From Octopus sinensis (lineage: Eukaryota): a stretch of 10,789 nucleotides of DNA. The stretch is taken from NCBI RefSeq assembly GCF_006345805.1, contig NW_021827314.1, positions 1 through 10,789 on the forward strand, written 5' to 3'. This document shows positions 8,571 through 10,789 of the stretch, piece after piece. The position numbers and the translations under genes are program-made. Below the pieces are notes generated by a model. The model saw only the letters and a program-made list of their open reading frames with translations. It was not told the DNA's origin and did not search any database. The number at the start of each line of letters is the position of its first letter. The stretch's first letter is position 1.

Positions 8571-8869
8571 AAAGTCAAAAATTATCCGCACCTTCGCCAT
8601 GACATATCCTTATTATTGTCACACTGTCTTCTGCGCATGCACGCTTATAGTTGGTAGTATTGTGGTCACGTAATCGATAAATTAAGTACCAGTTGCGTAA
8701 TAGGGTCGTTCTAACCGACCGGTCCCCTTTCCCCAAAATTTCGGGCCTTGTGCCTAAAGTAGGAAATAATATTTGCTAGTATTATTCAACTGACATTTTT
8801 AGTGAATCTGTTCAGAAGTGTTTGGTTTTTCTTTGTTTATTTTTCTTGTTTTTTTTTTCCCGAGAAATG

Positions 8870-9240
8870 TAAACCGAAGATCGTTACTAAGAGGAATTAG
8901 TTTATCAGTATTTACCCTCGTCTCGTAAATCTCGGACAACGTATCGTAAAATCGCAGCCGGTATTTCACAAATTTATAATCCACTTTACATCCGATGGTA
9001 CCGTTCAGTTGTCCGACATTGTTTTATGAGTCAATTGATAAGGTTTTTTTTCGGCGGAGGAAGAAAGCTTTTCGAAGTTCATTATAAAGAACAATTATTC
9101 TAACATTATGTTCCTCACGTCACGCAAACTTCACACAATTCATCATAAAGTCACAGCTGGTAGTTTACTCCACAAGCTTATATAATTCACTTTATGTCTG
9201 ATATTAATCAACTGTCCGAATATTTTCTCTGAATCTGAAA
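8870..9240. repeat. Degenerate ~185-200 bp repeat family, cluster 2 (about 2 units)
   Basis: CGCAGCCGGTATTTCAC (8953) recurs as CACAGCTGGTAGTTTAC (9152), a period of 199. CAGTATTTACCCTCGTCTCGTAAA (about 8906-8929) matches about 5463-5487. Confidence 0.65.
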
Positions 9241-9646
9241 TCAAATGTTTTTTGCAGAAACGTCGTCGTCCATTTTGAAAATGGTTCTCATTTCGATCGA
9301 TGGCGGTTATTTCTAGCATTTAATGAATGGAAGAATGGAAACGGCAACACAATACGACAAGACATTCGATGTCCAAGAACTGAGAGCTTGAAACTGTGCT
9401 AGTAACTTCATCGATCACAAAGAACATCAGATCAATAGATTTTATCATTGCTATTTTGTTTATTTTTTTTACCGATTCGTATCACAATAGTTTCTTCATT
9501 ATGTTGGTTTTGTCGATATAAATAGTGAAGTTTGGCCTCAAACTTTCTGTGGACTGCGTTCGTAGTTTTTGCTTGTTTTGTTTTCTTTTTGTATTCGTCA
9601 CATACATTCCTTTATGAGTTTGTTCTTAAGTGGTGGCCACCACGTG

Positions 9647-10415
9647 TCAACAACAGCAGCTCCAACACCATCACAACCAGCAACAACAATAGCTGCAGTA
9701 GCAACATCAGCACCGTCACCACCACCACCACCACCACCACCACCACCACCACCACCACCACCACCACTAACATCACAAGTACTACTACCACCACCACCAC
9801 CACCAACCACCCCAAACTCCAACCACTAAAACGACAACCATCAAACCTCCACCACCACCACCACAACCACCACCACCACCACCACCAAATCCCAATCACC
9901 AGAACCTCAACCACCAAACCTCCACTCCAAACCCTAACCACTAAAACCACAACCACCAAACCACTATCACCACCACCACCACCACCACCATCATCATCAT
10001 TACCGTCAACATCAAAACCAAACCAACAACAGCTGCGTTAGCAACACCACTACCACGATCACGATCAACACCACCACCACCACCACAACCACCACCACTA
10101 TCACCAGCACTACCACCACCATCACCACCACCATCACCACTACCACTAAGACCACTAACCTAAACAAGAAACCGCCACTACCATCACCACCACCACCACC
10201 ACCACCACAACCACAACCACCTTCACCACCACCACAACCACCACCACCACTACCACCACTAAGACCACTAACCTAAACAAGAAAACACCACTACCACCAC
10301 CACCACCACCACCACCACTAACAACAACAATAGCAACAGCAACAACATTAACACCAAACAGCTGTACCACCACCACAACCATCAACACCACCACGACCAC
10401 CGCCACCACCACCAA
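9647..10415. repeat. (CAC/CAA)n trinucleotide low-complexity tract
   Basis: Long ACC runs with CAA/CAT variants. An internal 29 bp exact duplicate CCACTAAGACCACTAACCTAAACAAGAAA lies at 10143-10171 and 10256-10284. Confidence 0.93.
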
Positions 10416-10504
10416 CACATACGATCTGACTCCAATAAACATCAGCTGAGACTGACCTATTTCCTCAACCACTTATCAAGAGTTACCTCCTTAAAAATCA
10501 CCCA

Positions 10505-10505
<1 letters not shown>

Positions 10506-10540
<35 letters not shown>
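10506..10540. repeat. (CA)n microsatellite
   Basis: Pure CA run. Confidence 0.97.
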
Positions 10541-10542
<2 letters not shown>

Positions 10543-10789
10543 CTGTCTAAGCTCGCCAAGTACAACAGCACCAACTGGACTATCTGTCAGTCATCTTAGC
10601 AGACCTTTTACGAAGATCTGTCATCGCACCAACGGTTTCTGACCCACACACCTACACAGTTACACAGAGATTCTCAAACTGGATTCCACTTCTATCTAAG
10701 GAGCACGCCAGGTTTCTTAGCCCTTTTGCCTGGCCTGTGTATGAAATTTGATACACGGGGCATATTTCTCTGGCGTCCATGATAACATC

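Noticed and set aside
8701-8730. Possible transposon terminus AGGGTCGTTCTAACCGACC
   Set aside because: No inverted partner was found in the window, only a 5 bp internal hairpin.
5275-9240. CRISPR-like or regularly spaced repeat-spacer array
   Set aside because: The context is eukaryotic, the repeats are irregularly spaced, and the intervening sequences are themselves homologous rather than unique spacers. No cas genes are present.
9532-10472. Poly-Thr/Pro/His/Val/Gly ORFs
   Set aside because: They are compositional artefacts of (CAC)n, open in several frames on both strands, with no splice or domain support.
10541-10789. Possible coding exon at the window end
   Set aside because: One minus frame is open for only about 45 codons, with no recognisable motif or convincing splice sites.

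Overview
This is AT-rich, microsatellite-dense eukaryotic DNA, probably intronic or intergenic. No intact protein-coding gene is supported, and most ORFs in the track are translations of simple repeats. The SINE and microsatellite content resembles octopus (coleoid cephalopod) repeats; that is recall and inference, not a database result. Main contents: (1) two 5'-truncated, head-to-tail copies of a Tx1/L1-group non-LTR retrotransposon (minus strand, ORF2 C-terminus with CCHC zinc knuckle plus 3' UTR), both embedded in one (GATA)n array, suggesting microsatellite targeting; (2) a ~104 bp unique island inside a (TATG)n array with similar 3'-end architecture; (3) a 394 bp non-autonomous Helitron (TC...CTAG, A|T insertion) whose empty site is preserved in a local duplicate; (4) a tRNA-head SINE with a probable diverged TSD, whose 5' end carries a 290 bp locally templated insertion flanked by a 23 bp duplication; (5) a degenerate ~185-200 bp repeat family; (6) a few weak promoter-like motif patches.
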